Below, one piece after another: positions 13,744 through 26,405 of a stretch of DNA of 64,000 bases (the stretch's first letter is position 1; every line of letters starts with the position of its first letter). The DNA lies in assembly GCF_004010195.1 (NCBI RefSeq), contig NC_057740.1:19817949-19881948 (forward strand). The letters run 5' to 3'. The notes under the pieces were generated by a model that was not told the origin of the DNA, searched no databases, and was given only the letters and a program-made list of their open reading frames with translations. Source of the DNA: Chiloscyllium plagiosum. Lineage: Eukaryota. The translations under genes and the position numbers were made by a program.

Positions 13744-13831
13744 GTGAGTAAATGTATTCTGGAATTATTTCTTGAGTTTTAATGACTGAACTCTGCAACT
13801 CTGCACTGTTAAGTGTTATTTTAATTGAGAA

Positions 13832-14159
13832 TTAGATTAGATTAGATGAGATTACTTACAGTGTGGAAACAGGCCCTACTGCCCAACAAGTCCACACCGA
13901 CCTGCCGAAGCGCACCCATCCAGACCCATTCCTCTATATTTACCCCTGCACCTAACACTACGGGCAATTTAGCATGGCCAATTCACCTGACCTGCACATC
14001 TTTGGACTGTGGGAGGAAACTGGAGCACCCGGAGGAAACCCACGCAGACACGGGGAGAACGTGCAAACTCCACACAGTCAGTCGCCTGAGGTGGGAATTG
14101 AACCCGGGTCTCAGGCGCTGTGAAGCAGCAGTGCTAACCACTGTGCCACTGTGCCGCCC
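13832..14159 (-). mobile_element. HE1-type SINE with (AATCT)n tail
   Basis: Full body, A/B boxes, microsatellite tail 13832-13855. Confidence 0.92.
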
Positions 14160-15156
14160 ATGGATGCCGCCCAAAGATGGAAATAAATATCAATCAATGT
14201 GCACCTTTACACTGCTGTATTTAACTTTTTATGTGTTTCCATTTCTAAAATTGAAAATCTAAAAGAATGCAGGATTCAAGATGTGTACTGTTACGCAATA
14301 TATTTAGTAGCACAGTAAAGGTGATAGATAGCAGTCCTGTTCTTTAGTAACAATGGGATAGAAACCTACAAGTGGTGCTACTGGGTAATGGTCCTAAGCT
14401 TTGGTAGCAGTAGAAATGATCTGACAAGTTGATGGAACTGACATAATCGTTATAATGTCTGAAAATAGCTAGAAGCTGTCTGAAGTTTGGCAAAGTGAAA
14501 GGCTGCAGTGATCCTTAGATGCAGCATCAATTTTGAGGGGAACTCTGGTTTTCACAAGGGAAACTGATAGTAGGGATTAATTAATGATGGACAGCTAGTA
14601 TGTGTCAGCAGTGAGGGAAGGTGGAAGCTTTTACCTGATAGCAGTTGCACACCATGCCTGGTATCACTGTCTTCTGATGTTTCATGATTCTCCATGCACA
14701 ACAAAATTAGTATTTTCTGATTGGTTCCAGGACATTTCTACTTTGCATCTGCCTTTGCATTTTTGCTCTGACTCTTTGGGGTCAATTTCAACACAGAACC
14801 ATGAATGAATGCCAAATTAGTATCTACGCTGCTCCACTCTCAACCTAATTGAAGGCTGAGCTCATTGGAACAAACACAGAAAATGAAGGAGAAGCTCACT
14901 GGGCCTGGCAGCATTTTGAGAGAGTTAACAGTTTGAATCCAGTACTACTGTTATTCAGAACTGAGCTAGTTGGAGGCATGGGCCTCATTAGTCTTTCATT
15001 TGTAAGCTGTAGGTGTCTAATGTGCTCACCATTACAATTCACCCGTTAAAGAAGATAAAAATAGTCTTTATGCCAATCAGAGCTGATTAGCAGCTTGGAC
15101 TAAGATTAAAAATCACACAACACCAGGTTATAGTCCAACAGGTTTAATTGGAAGCA

Positions 15157-15191
15157 CACTAGCTTTCGGAGCGATGCTCCTTCATCAGGTG
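15157..15191 (-). ncRNA. Minimal hammerhead ribozyme (family A), intact core
   Basis: CAC-CUGAUGA-a-GGAGC-auc-GCUCC-GAA-AGCU-A-GUG. Confidence 0.72.
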
Positions 15192-15250
15192 ATTGTGGAG
15201 GGCTCGATCGTAACACAGAATTTCTGTGTTACAATTGAGCCCTCCACAAT

Positions 15251-15285
15251 CACCTGATGAAGGAACGTCGCTCCGAAAGCTAGTG
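15251..15285 (+). ncRNA. Minimal hammerhead ribozyme (family A), one stem II mismatch
   Basis: CAC-CUGAUGA-a-GGAaC-guc-GCUCC-GAA-AGCU-A-GUG. Confidence 0.65.
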
Positions 15286-15480
15286 TGCTTCCAATTAAAC
15301 CTGTTGGACTATAACCTGGTGTTGTGTGATTTTTAACTTTGTACACCCCAGTCCAACACCGGCATCTCCGAATCTGGACTAAGATTAGTAGAGTTTGGAA
15401 GAAATGTTACAGATTGTCTGCTCCTGCCCCACTAAAAGAAATGTTTCTCAACTACTTTCTGAGTGGCTTCTGGATCTGTA

Positions 15481-16245
15481 ATCGAAATGTATCAATTAAG
15501 TGAGAGACTTTGTGGCTCAAATACATTGAAAGTACAAGTGTATACAGCCAAAACCATGAACAAGGCCAATAACATTTAGAACTTTTAAAATCTGACACAA
15601 AGGTGATAGATATCTGACACAAAGGGTGTTGATTAAGATTCAAACATGTGTCAATGCATTGCCTATTTGTATTTGAAACCTGTATTTAGAATACACTGAA
15701 AGGTGTAGGGATCGCTCAATCATTTACAAGCCCATTGCAAAGGTTTAAAAGACCAGTCTTAGAAATGAAAGCTGTCTGTTAGAAGATAGCATAGATAATT
15801 AGATCATTTAAAATTCAGGGTTTTTTTTGAGGAGCAAAATTAACTTAAGAAAGAAGTTTACAAATGCATTTCTGTATGTCTGTCAGTTTTCAATTTAATT
15901 ACATTTTTCAATTTAATGGACATTGAATAGTGTGTAAACAGTAGATAGCCAGTCATTTTCTTCACTTTGTGTATAAATGCATCTTCATTGTTTCAGCTTC
16001 ATAGATAAGTGCTTCAGTATGAGATCCTGGTGTCTTTGTCAGAATATATCTGATTGCACCCTCCACTTGTAACTCTACAAAAGAATGCTATGCCCTAACC
16101 AATGCCACATAGATATCTATCACCTTTGTGTCAGATTTTAAAAGTTCTAAATGTTATTGGCCTTGTTCATGGTTTTGGCTGTATACACTTGTACTTTCAA
16201 TGTATTTGAGCCACAAAGTCTCTCACTTAATTGATACATTTCGAT
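15481..16245. repeat. Perfect 135-bp inverted repeat (15481-15615 / 16111-16245), 495-bp spacer
   Basis: Direct base-by-base reverse complement; an identical peptide appears in ORFs 15452-15643(-) and 16128-16364(+). Confidence 0.95.
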
Positions 16246-16998
16246 ATCTTTTGGTTGAACTTAAAATCCTGAGTGAAAAAAAATTCTCGTTCTTCCAAAA
16301 ATGTAGCACCTCAACTTTCCTTTCCAGTAAATTACTCCAATCAAATGTCTGTCAATTCCACTAACCTGCTTATAATGTTTTAAAATATTTTGCCATCCTT
16401 TACCTTTTGTCAAAATGCATTGTATGTCAACAATAAGTTGCAATTCCTTATTCCAGTTCCAAAGCACCTAACAAATAGAAAATGTAGGTTGACCTAGCCT
16501 TGACCTTTCTAGTCGTCTGATTCCAACAAATTTAATGCCACCAATGGTGCCTAAAAAGGTAATCACATTTCAATATTAGGTGTATGAAGGCCAATGGGCA
16601 TCTGCAGTTATTTGTATTCTAGTTCTGGTGTAACCAGTGAGCAGTGACCTCAAGTCTGCCTCTGTATCCTTCAGTGATGAGATTTGAGGACAGGGCATGA
16701 GATACACCAAGCAGAGTCTCCTTCACTTTAACTGAGTTTCATTTGCTAAACTATTTTTCACCTAATAACAAATTGGGTGTCGCATCCCACATTTTCTCAT
16801 GTTACCATTTAGTTCCCTTTTCGTTGTCAGGATATGCTATTCAATTGAAATTTCTATGAAGCTCTTGCAATGGCTCAAAAGTTGAGTTCTGCAACTTACC
16901 TTCCATTGTTCACATTCCTTAACAATTTAATTGCATGCAATTTTCTTATCCCACCATAAGGCTACTTTCCTGCACTGTTCAGATATGCACTTCGACCT
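15997..16998 (+). pseudogene. Large pseudo-exon containing a 131-nt templated insertion
   Basis: ttgtttcag acceptor, CCT|gtgagt donor; the frame LHR*VLQYEILVSLSEYI*LHPPL...PMPHRYLLVELKILSEKKF is restored when 16119-16249 is removed; ends FYEALAMAQKL...FPALFRYALRP. Confidence 0.45.
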
Positions 16999-17444
16999 GT
17001 GAGTCAATACTCAGAATTGCCTAATACCAGAAAAGTACTTCCTCTTAGCAGGTTACTAATCTGGTGATATTTATTCCAGTTCTTAATTACATAGACACAA
17101 CTAACACTCATTTAAGAAAATTAAGTCTTTTGTCTCTGTCTTTAATGTAAAACATTCTCAAGGCAAGTCTACAATAGAGAATTCTAAGAAGGGAAATTAA
17201 TGTGAACTAATTTTTCATATGTCAGTCTCACAAGCAATATATTTTGAATAGACCTGCAAAACCTGCAGATCGGTTGGCAGAGCATAATGTGATTAGCAAC
17301 TTACTTGTTAAGACATGTACTTGTCATAACACTTCTCTTGTTCCCACGCCTACGGTTGACTTTTGAATTGAACCAGCATGTATTACTCCACTGGGAATAA
17401 AAAATATGTAGAATGTTGCAACCTCATTTAATCTCGATGTAGAA

Positions 17445-18330
17445 CATTGAGTCATACAGCATAGAAACAGGCCATTTAGCCCACCAGGTCTATGCTGACC
17501 AATAAGTATAAAACTACACTAAACTAATTTACTTACGCTTGGTCCATAGGCGAAGATGTCCTGACATGTTCAGTGCTCATCCAGATGTTGCAAGAATAGT
17601 GCCTCCAGCACCCTCTCAGGCAGCACTTGCCATATTTCTACTACCCTTTAAGTGCATTTTTTTTCAGGTCTCCTTTAAACCATTTACTCCACAAACTTAT
17701 GACCTCTGGCCTTAGACCATATCTGCCAAAGGGAAGATCTACTCTGCCTGTGCCTCTCATAATTCTGTAATTCATAATGCCTGAACCAGATCGCCTCCTC
17801 AATCTCCTCTGCTCCAAGGAAAGCAAACCCAGTCTATTCGGTCTCTTCTCATAACTAAGACTTTTCATCACGTACAACATCCTGATGAACTTTCTCTGCA
17901 TCTTCTCCAGTACAATCATACCTTCTGATATTGTGGTAACCAGAGCTGCACACAGTATTCCATTTGGTCAAAGTAATGTTTTATAAAGTTGTAACAAGAC
18001 TTCCTTATTCCTATATTCTAAGGCCTGGCTCATGACGGCAAACATTCCTTCTTCATTACCTTGTTCATTTGTGCTCTTATCTATAGGAATCTCTGGTCTT
18101 ATACACCAAAGTCCCTTTGTTCCTCCAGACTCTCTGATGACTTACCATTGTGCAGGTCCTGCCCTTAAAATACCTCTCAAATTGCGTCACCTTGCATTTA
18201 TTGAGATTAAATTCTGTCTGCCATTGCTCTACCCAATTTACCAACTGATCAATAACAGACTGTAGCCTAAGACCATCCACCCCAATACCAACAACACGTG
18301 TTTGTGTCATCTGCAAACTTACTAATTGAA
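17445..18330 (-). mobile_element. CR1 LINE 3' fragment
   Basis: FADD remnant, WQTEFNLNKCKV, LEKMQRKFIRML, SLEQRRLR. Confidence 0.85.
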
Positions 18331-18483
18331 CTGTCTACATTGACCCACCCTATGAGACTTTTGCATATCCCTACCTCAAATGTGACCTTTCTTACCTTGC
18401 TAAATCCCTCCTGCCCTCTCTCCTGCTGTGACTGTGAAAATTCCCTCTGTACTTTGACTTTTACACATTGAACTCACATGTAG

Positions 18484-19110
18484 ACAATATGATACATGAG
18501 GATTTTTTTGATTTGATAAAGTTGACCATTGTTGGCTGTTTAAGAAGTTATAGCAACAATGTTCATTGTTTCCAACTTGGAAAAGCTCCTGGAATCAATT
18601 ATTTCTGATGGGTGTTACATACCAATTACCATAATAGTTCAACCATTCCAGTTAAATTATTTTTTTCTTACTGGATTGTTTCACTTTGAAAGAAATGTAT
18701 ATGGATAGGTTCCTGGGGAGAAAAGCTTCCATCTAAACCTTCTTAAGTACTAGTAGAAGGTCTCATCCTGCCAGTCATTATTGAGTAAAGAACAGAAAGT
18801 CTTTAAGTTATGATACTGGATTAGCAACCTCAAGGTTGTGGGTTCAAATCAAACACTGAACATAGGTTTGGGAGGTGCTGATAGTGACAGCAAAATCAGT
18901 ATTGAATCTCTTGGATTGAGGGAGTGGCTGCATGTGGCACAGTTTTGCTATACAAAGAGGCTTTAATGTAGATTGGCAAGAGATGAGACCTGTTATCAAT
19001 GTTTGCACAGTGACTGTACAGAGCAGCAGCTGTTGCATCAACACTAACATAATATTAAAGGAAACCTATTGTAAACTGCAAGACACCTTTACGACAAACT
19101 GTTGATCTCT
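18484..19110 (+). pseudogene. Dynein linker (DHC_N2)-like segment
   Basis: LEKLLESII, TLKEMYMDRFL, GFNVDWQEMRPVINVC...NIILKETYCKL resemble the dynein linker pattern F..VD..W..IM...P.V..VC...N..LE.I.K.L; boundaries approximate. Confidence 0.5.
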
Positions 19111-19474
19111 GGCTCTCCCTGACATGAGTTAAATGCCCTGCCTATACTCTCTCCCTGTCCATCATTGGTATGTTCCCACCTCTCTATTGTGTGCAACCCA
19201 GCTCTCATTTATTCTTCTTCACCCATTCATTCATCTAAAACACACTTGTCACGCAACACAGCATGAATCAAACAATGTGTTTTTTTCTGTCCCTCCTTTA
19301 TGATTCATGTGTTTTCAGATTATTGACAATGTGGTTTTCCTCAGTTGTTCTTAATTGTATTCAGGTTCCTATAGTTACTATCTACAGGCTAGGTTACATA
19401 TGAGGTGTAAGGTGAGTAAATACAACGCTGAATTTCTCAAACTGATTGAGCCTTTGTATTGGGGCAAATAGCTT

Positions 19475-19575
19475 GTCCAACAGGTGTATTTGGAAGTAAT
19501 ACCTATTGGACTATAACTTGATGTGTGATTTTTAACTTTGTACACCCCAGTCCAACACCAGCATCTCCAAATCAT
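19475..19575 (+). mobile_element. Short family A PLE terminus with mini fold-back, inserted in the pseudogene
   Basis: gtgtgatttttaactttgtacaccccagtccaacacc..catctccaaatc terminus; TGGGGCA duplicated on both sides. Confidence 0.75.
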
Positions 19576-20174
19576 GTAATGGGGCAGCTGCGTCCTTGAG
19601 TAGACCATCTCTAAGGGGCTGACCAGGGTGATTGCATGCGTTGCTATCCAGAGTGACAGGCAACATCAGGCCATCAGCTGCCAGGCATGACAAGCCATTA
19701 GCTATAATTGATTTGTAGGATGGTCAAATTACTGGTGACTGTCAAATCCTGCAAGGCACAAGGTCAAGTTGTCATCAGCCATATTCCAAAAGCTTTGAGA
19801 CCAATGAGATTGTCGTTTGCAGGCTTTCATGCATGGACTCAGTGACAGCAACCCCCATATCCCTTTAGGTTATTTTGGTCTCCAAAGCCTTTGTGAGTAT
19901 GTCGGAAGCTGCTGAATACTCCAGGCTGTGAGCTGCAGGGCAGTACCACCTTACTTCATGACTCCACTTATACTAGCAATAGCCTACTCCATTATTGTTG
20001 CTCCCTGCTGCATATAGACATAAAGAAAATGTCATGAAAAATGGAATCACAATAATCTCACTACACAGCTCTAAATAGAATTATGATTCACCAGAGTCTT
20101 TGTGCACTTAATAATTCTTCTTTATAGCCTTCAAGGGCATAATTGATACAATTACATCACATACAGCAGGTCTG

Positions 20175-20665
20175 AGTCATAGAGATGTACAGCACGAAAA
20201 CAGACCATACAGACCATTCCAACCAGATATCCCAACCCAATCTAGTCCCATCTGCCAGCACCCAGCTCATATCCCTCCAAACCCGTCCTGTTCATATACC
20301 CATCCAAATGCCTTTTAAATGTTGCAATTGTACTAGCCACGACCACATCCTCTGGCAGCTCATTCCAAACATATACCACCCTCTGCGTGAAAAAGTTGCC
20401 CCTTAGGTCTCTTTTATATCTTTCCCCTCTCACCCTAAACCTATGCCCTCTAGTTCTGACTCCCCCACCCCAGGGAAAAGACTTTGTCTATTTATCCTAT
20501 CCATGCCCCTAATGATTTTGTAAACCTCTATAAGGTCACCCCTCAGCCTCCGACGCTCCAGGGAAAACAGCCCCTGCCTGTTCAGCCTCTCCCTATTTCT
20601 CAAATCTTCCAACCCTTTTAAGTTTCACAACATCTTTCCGATAGGAACGAGACCAGGATTGCATC
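20175..20665 (-). mobile_element. Young CR1 3' fragment
   Basis: LERRRLRGDLIEVYKI, FFTQRVV.VWNELP, TFKRHLD. Confidence 0.92.
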
Positions 20666-21431
20666 TACTGCATCAGCGTATCAAATGCTGAATGTTTTTG
20701 TCAAAAACTGTGTATTTTTGTTTATCACTAAATTGGTGATCAAAATTGTTATAATTGTTAAACCAATTGCATACAGTCAATATTAGGGTGAATGTAATTA
20801 TAATATGGTGGCAACATGGCAGAAATGATTGGCTGTCTATAGCCTGTACTGACTAATGTGAATCTATATTTGGGTGAATAATGCAGACTGCACCCAGCAT
20901 AGAAACAATCCAATCTGCCCAAATCAGTAGATGCTGGTGTTTCTCCACACAAGCCTCCTCCCATTTTTCTCCATTGAACCTATCCATTTTTTTCATTATG
21001 TGGTTGTCTACCTTCCCAGGAGATGAAAAATTATCTATGTAATTACTTTATCAAAACCTTTCATAAGTTTAAGCACTCTATTCAGTCAGCCTTTCTTTTC
21101 AAGAGAAAAGAGAGCCAGCCTGTTAATGTTTTCTGTTGTCATCTTTGCAAATCTTCCCTCACAAATGCCTGTATATCCACTTTCTAATATGGCAACCAGA
21201 ACTGCACACAATATTTTAAAGTTTGTCTAACCTAGATTCAATACAGATTTAACATACTTTTCAATTCTATCACTTTAGAAATAACACCTTGAGTTTGGTT
21301 TCCTTTTTATGGCCTTGCCACGTGTGACACAACTTCTGGTGATTGATGTACTCTGGAGATATCTTTGCTCTTTCAGATGACCTAAACTTGCAGTTTCACA
21401 GTAATAGTTGACCTCCTCATTATATGCCCAG

Positions 21432-22200
21432 ATGGCTGCCACTTCAGATGCTGATTATTAAGATATTTGTACCAATCATAAGTTGTTGACGGACAAATTG
21501 TATATTGAGTGGGTCAACCTGACTGCGTTGATGTCAGACTGAAAAGGTATATTGTAATGTAAGGAAAGTACACTCATCCTTTGTCTATTTATGCAATAGA
21601 TAAGCAACATTCACAATTCTGTGGTGCTTTATGCAAATTACAATTCTAAATTCAGTAGCACCCAGCTTTAGCTATGTATTCACTTTTAGCATTGGCCAAG
21701 TGCTCTTTGAGGTGTTGAAATGCAGCAGATGACCAAACCTCTTCTTCTGGTCTACTGTATTCATTTTCCTGTCCACAACATAAATGTAATAACACTCTTG
21801 CCCTTACTGGTTAAAAGAAAAGTGTTTTCTGGAAACCTGTCACTGCCTTGATGAACTATCAAGGGAGTAGCAGCAGTTGCCCCTCCCTTTGTGAAGCAAT
21901 TCGAAGAGTTTAACATGTTGCTCAAACTGTCTCATGCAACATTAGAATGGCACAATATATTGCATAATCTTTTGATTGCCGTTGATTAAATATTTTGTGT
22001 CTGGACCAAAAAGATTGATTTTCTTCTTTTACATAGGGCATAAGCTCACATTTGTTTTGGCTGTGTCCAAGTTGCATTGAGTTTTTCAGAGGTTTTTTTC
22101 ACTATGATACCCTAGTGAGTTCTCTCACTGTATCTTACCAAACTCAACTAATGAATTATTTACCCTACCTCTATTGCATCCATCATGTCCAATTCCAATG
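21432..22200 (+). pseudogene. AAA2-like segment
   Basis: Y*DICTNHKLLTDKLYIEWVNLTALMSD*KGIL (cf. I..VC....LQ....FI.KV.QL.E....RHGV), INVITLLPLLVKRKVFSG, FEEFNMLLKLSHATL. Confidence 0.55.
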
Positions 22201-22289
22201 GTATCTTACTATGTGCCATTCCCATGGTAACTCAGTACTCAATAGATATTTGCCAAATGACTGGCATCCCTCACGGCTGTGCCAATTTT

Positions 22290-23860
22290 AAAAGGCCACT
22301 GAGTACCCGAACATGTGCCAGCATTCCAAAACTGCACTGCTCACTCAATGATGTTCGTGAAAGATTTCAGAAAAGGGGATGTAGCACCACAGTTCTCTGA
22401 TAGAAGTCTGGATGTCTTGGTTGACCGGATGGCGCAAATGAGGACAGAAGAGGAAGCCATGCCACCAGACCTTAGCAATCTGTTCGGAGGTTGCCACTCA
22501 GGTCTGTGGCACACCTTTGGCCAGGAGGAATGACCAACTGTGCCAGAAGAAGGTCAATGATCTTCTCCATTGCTCCAGGTAGGTACCACACTCCTCTTTC
22601 TGCTATCACTCAATCTGTGCTTCTGCATCACCTCCTACACTTGGCTCCACCACTCTCACTTTCGCCTGCAATAACATTCTCATCCACTCTTTCACACCCC
22701 AACCTCCCAGACTCCCATATCCTGCATGGCCTGTGTGCAACCTCCTCACTCTCCTGCAACACTTCACCAACTTTCAATCACCTGCACCAGGACTAATAGG
22801 CTTGCCACCGACTTTCAGCTCACTCAACTCTCAATTCTCCCTTTCTCTCCTGAAGAGACAACCCATAACAGGGCACAGTGAGCCCATACAAGTGGAGGGG
22901 TGCCCTACATTTGGTTCCTTAACCTCTACGAGGCTAGAATCCTGGACCTCGCAGGAAAAGCCCTGATGAAGCTTTTGCCTGAAACGTCAATTTTACTGCA
23001 CCTTGGATGCTGCCTGACCTGCTGTGCTTTTCCAGCATCATACTCCCGACCCTCACAGGGAAAGACTGGGACTACTGCTATCGGGTTGCAGAGACACCCA
23101 TGTCCTGTCAAAAGTAAGTATGACTCTGCCTTCCACTGTAACTCTCACATAAACCCCACTGTCAGTCTCATTCGTTGCACATCACTGCTAAAGCCCTCTC
23201 TGTCTTTTATCTTGGATACCACCAGCATCTTCCCCACCTTTATGGTGAAATGCTCAACTCCCCCAGAAGACACCTGCTAGATCTCTGAGGATGAGACAAT
23301 GAGATCAATGGGCTGAGAAAGTGTAGGGCTACAATCTGGTGAGTTCCTCACTGCAATAGCTCCTCAGCTGGGTGATGAAGAAATGCCCAAGGTCACTGGC
23401 ATATGAAGGACTGCAGGAACCAAGCATCTACTCAGCCACATGCATGAGAGGACCCTGTGGTGTCAGCAATCAGGGACTTCGTCCACATGCACAGAGGAGG
23501 AGGATTGCGAGCGCCAGACTGGAATGTGGGATGCAAATCACACAACTGTCTGTCTGCCTTCACAGACAGGGTTGCAGACTGCCATGGAGAACCAGACCCA
23601 TCTCCCTCAGAGTCTACCAGAGAGGCACAGATATTTCGACTCCATTAGCCCAGCTATTGGTGCTCAGGACTGAAGGCATTGTGACAGAGGCACAGGGAAC
23701 CTGACTGCACTCCAAGTGTCCCTTTTATCAGGAGACAGACCAGTGCCAGGAGTCAACCAACTGGAGGAAGAACCATCCACCAGTCCGTACAAAGTGTCCT
23801 CTCAGACACTCCATCATTATCTTGCCTGCCAGCCCTCCAACCTTGGAACCTCATGCTGAG
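22290..23860 (+). mobile_element. Decayed PIF/Harbinger-like element, Myb/SANT-like gene with introns
   Basis: APQFSDRSLDVLVD...EVATQV...RRNDQLCQKKVNDL, then TTHNRAQ*AHTSGGVPYI..LNLYE after an intron-like gap. Confidence 0.6.
22961..23050 (+). mobile_element. Family B PLE mini-insertion beginning at a hammerhead motif (stem II partly deleted)
   Basis: CUGAUGA 22963, GAAACGUC 22981; imperfect 14-bp duplication 22947-22960 / 23051-23064. Confidence 0.7.
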
Positions 23861-24508
23861 GATAAAAGCAGAATAATAATGGGACTTAACCCTCCAACAA
23901 GACACTTAACAATAAATAATACCCCTTAATTCACAACTCACCTCTACCTAGTGGTGTGAAAAGCATAAAAGATTGAGTGAGATGCTTCCAATTTTGTGAT
24001 GGACTTTGTTGGACTTCTCTCCAATTTTATCATATATCTCACTTTAACACATATTGCTCAGATCCATGCCTATGGAGTCCTTTCTCAGAGTAATATTTTA
24101 CATTAAATTGTGAGAGTTTATGCATTGCACTAATAACTTAGATGATTTACTTTCAGAAACTTATGTAGTGTACTTATGTAAAGTGCTGTGGGCCAGGCAG
24201 CTAGACATTGCTGACATCACAAATGGAAGAGCAAAGGACCTAGTAAAGGAGCTACACACTAGGAAATTTTCAGATTGAATCATCATTAATTTCTCTTCAG
24301 TTAAAGTGCTGAACTTGCCTTACTGCCCATCTCAGCAGAAAGCCAGCCGAGAATCCTGCAGCCTATTCTGAAAATACTTTGGGAGAGCAAGATTATAGTT
24401 GTTTGTGGCATGTCCTTTTATCAGTTAACCAGCTGACATATACAAAAATATTGCTATGGATTTTCATAAATTAAGTTTTAAACATGTTTTGAAATTTCAG
24501 AAATCACA

Positions 24509-24802
24509 GATTTGATTTGATTTGATTCCCTACAGTGTGAAAACAGGTCCTTCAGCCCAACAAGTCCACACTGAGCCTCCGAAGAGTTACCCACCCAGAC
24601 CCATTTCCCTCTGATTAATGTTCCTAACACTACGGGCAAGTTAGCATGGCCAATTCATCTGATCTGCACATCTTTGGACTGTGGGAGGAAACTGGAACAC
24701 CCAGAGGAAACCCACGCAGGCTCGGGGAGAATGTGCAAACTCCACATAGACAGTCGCCCGAGGCTGGAGTCACTGAGCTAACCACTGAGCCACTGTGCCA
24801 CC
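24509..24802 (-). mobile_element. HE1-type SINE (internal deletion in head)
   Basis: Matches the other copies; (AAATC)n tail. Confidence 0.88.
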
Positions 24803-24824
24803 CCTAAAGGGGAACTATATGAGA

Positions 24825-26405
24825 TCATAAGAATATAAGAACGAGGAAGAGGAGTAGGCAATTGAGTTCCCTTGTCTATTGTAAAATTTAATAATGTCAC
24901 TGTGATCTTATCTCAGCTTCAACTCCACTTCTTGCTTGCTCCCCATAACCCTTTAACCTGTTACTGATTAAAAATCGGTCCATTTCCTCCATAGATTTAT
25001 TCAGTATCCCAGGCATCCACTGCACTCTGGGAGTGCATAGATTCATGGTCCTCTGATAGATTTACTTCCTCTATGTCTCTGTTTTAAATTTTCCATTCCT
25101 AAGATTCAAACTCAACTCGCTCATTCTGGATTGCCACCTAAGGAGAAACATCCACCCTATGTCTACTTTATCAATCTCCTTTAGCATTTTAAATGTCTCA
25201 ATTAGATTTCCTCTTATTTTTTTAAACTCGAGTGACAATAGGTCTAAACTGCTCAATTTCTCCTCTGAATACAATCCTTTCATCTCTGGACTCAACCTCA
25301 TAAATCTTCTCTAAGCTGTTCCTAATGCAATTACATCCTTCCACAACTAAGGGAACCAAAAGTATTGTCTGCAGTACTCTCGGTGCAGTCTCACCAAAGC
25401 CTTGTACAGTTGCAACCACACTTCCTGACTTTTATACTCTATTCCTTTAGCAGTAAAAATCCATTTGTCTTCCTTTTTACCTCCTGTACCCCACCTTACT
25501 GGCTTTCTGCACTTCATACAAAAGGATGCCCAGATCCCTCTGCATGGAAGCAATTTGAAGATTCTCTCCATTTAGATAACAGGTTACCCAAATGTTCTTT
25601 CAACCAAGATAAATAAACTCACACTTACCAAATTTAAACTCATCGACTAAAGTTTGGGCACATCTACCTAACCTATACATGTCCATTTGTAAATTTTTAA
25701 TTTCTCTATTTCAACTTACCTTCCCACCTATTTTTATATTGTCTGCAAATTTGGCCATGGTACTTTCTATCCTTGCATCTAAGACATTAATGCAGATTAT
25801 AAATAATTCAACCTGAGGACCAAACCCGGTGATATCCTGCAAGTTACAGCTTGCCAACCAGAACAAAGACTCATTTATTCTAACTTTCTGCTTTCTGTTG
25901 GTTAGTCAAACCTTTATCCAAACTAACATATAACCTTGAAATATGTGTGAATGTAGCTTGTGTATTAACCTTTTGTGTAGCATCTTATCAAATGACTTCC
26001 AGTAGTCCACATAGTCACATTATCCACTTTGCCTGTTAGATATTGAAAACTCCAGCAAATTAGTCAAACATGACTTACCCTTCATAAAACAATAAGGGCT
26101 CAAATGGATTGTGTTTTGTCTTTTCAAATGTCCTGTTACTATTTCCTTATTAATGGGTTCCAACAATTTCCCAATGACAGATGTTAAACTAGCTGGTCTG
26201 CAGTTTCCTATTTTCTGCCTTTCTCCCTTTTTGAATAAAAATATTCGCATTTTTCCAATGCAATGGAATCAGGGTAATATTTGGAATATTATAACCAATG
26301 CATTCACTTGTCAAAGCCTGAGTTTGAGGCTAAGGGGCAGAATAGCATAATCAATGCATCCAATGCTGCCACTTCCTTTAAGATGCTAGGATATAAACCA
26401 TCAGG
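24825..26405 (-). mobile_element. Older CR1 LINE RT region and 3' end
   Basis: ORFs 26020-26250 (GNCRPASLTSVIGK, GKSCLTNLLEF), 25347-25571, 25071-25301. Confidence 0.88.

Larger units (their letters stand above)
15109..15374 (+). mobile_element. Penelope-derived (family A) palindromic element with tail and 13-bp TSD
   Basis: Palindrome 15106-15336 centred at 15221, ~38-nt unpaired tail, TGGACTAAGATTA at 15096-15108 and 15375-15387. Confidence 0.85.
19319..20880 (+). pseudogene. Linker end and AAA1-like segment, split by a PLE and a CR1 insertion
   Basis: One frame from 19319: NVVFLSCS*L, KYNAEFLKLIE, ISKGLTRVIACVAI, FVGWSNYW, CEYVG (19892), YFMTPL (19952); after the CR1: KNCVFLFITK. Compare dynein RFYFLS, FEW..QLRYYW, YEYLG, LVITPL, CAVFITMN. 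Confidence 0.6.

Noticed and set aside
15481-16245. Possible MITE/TIR DNA transposon with 135-bp TIRs
   Set aside because: No TSD outside the pair; the duplication brackets only the right arm, and removing that arm restores a reading frame.
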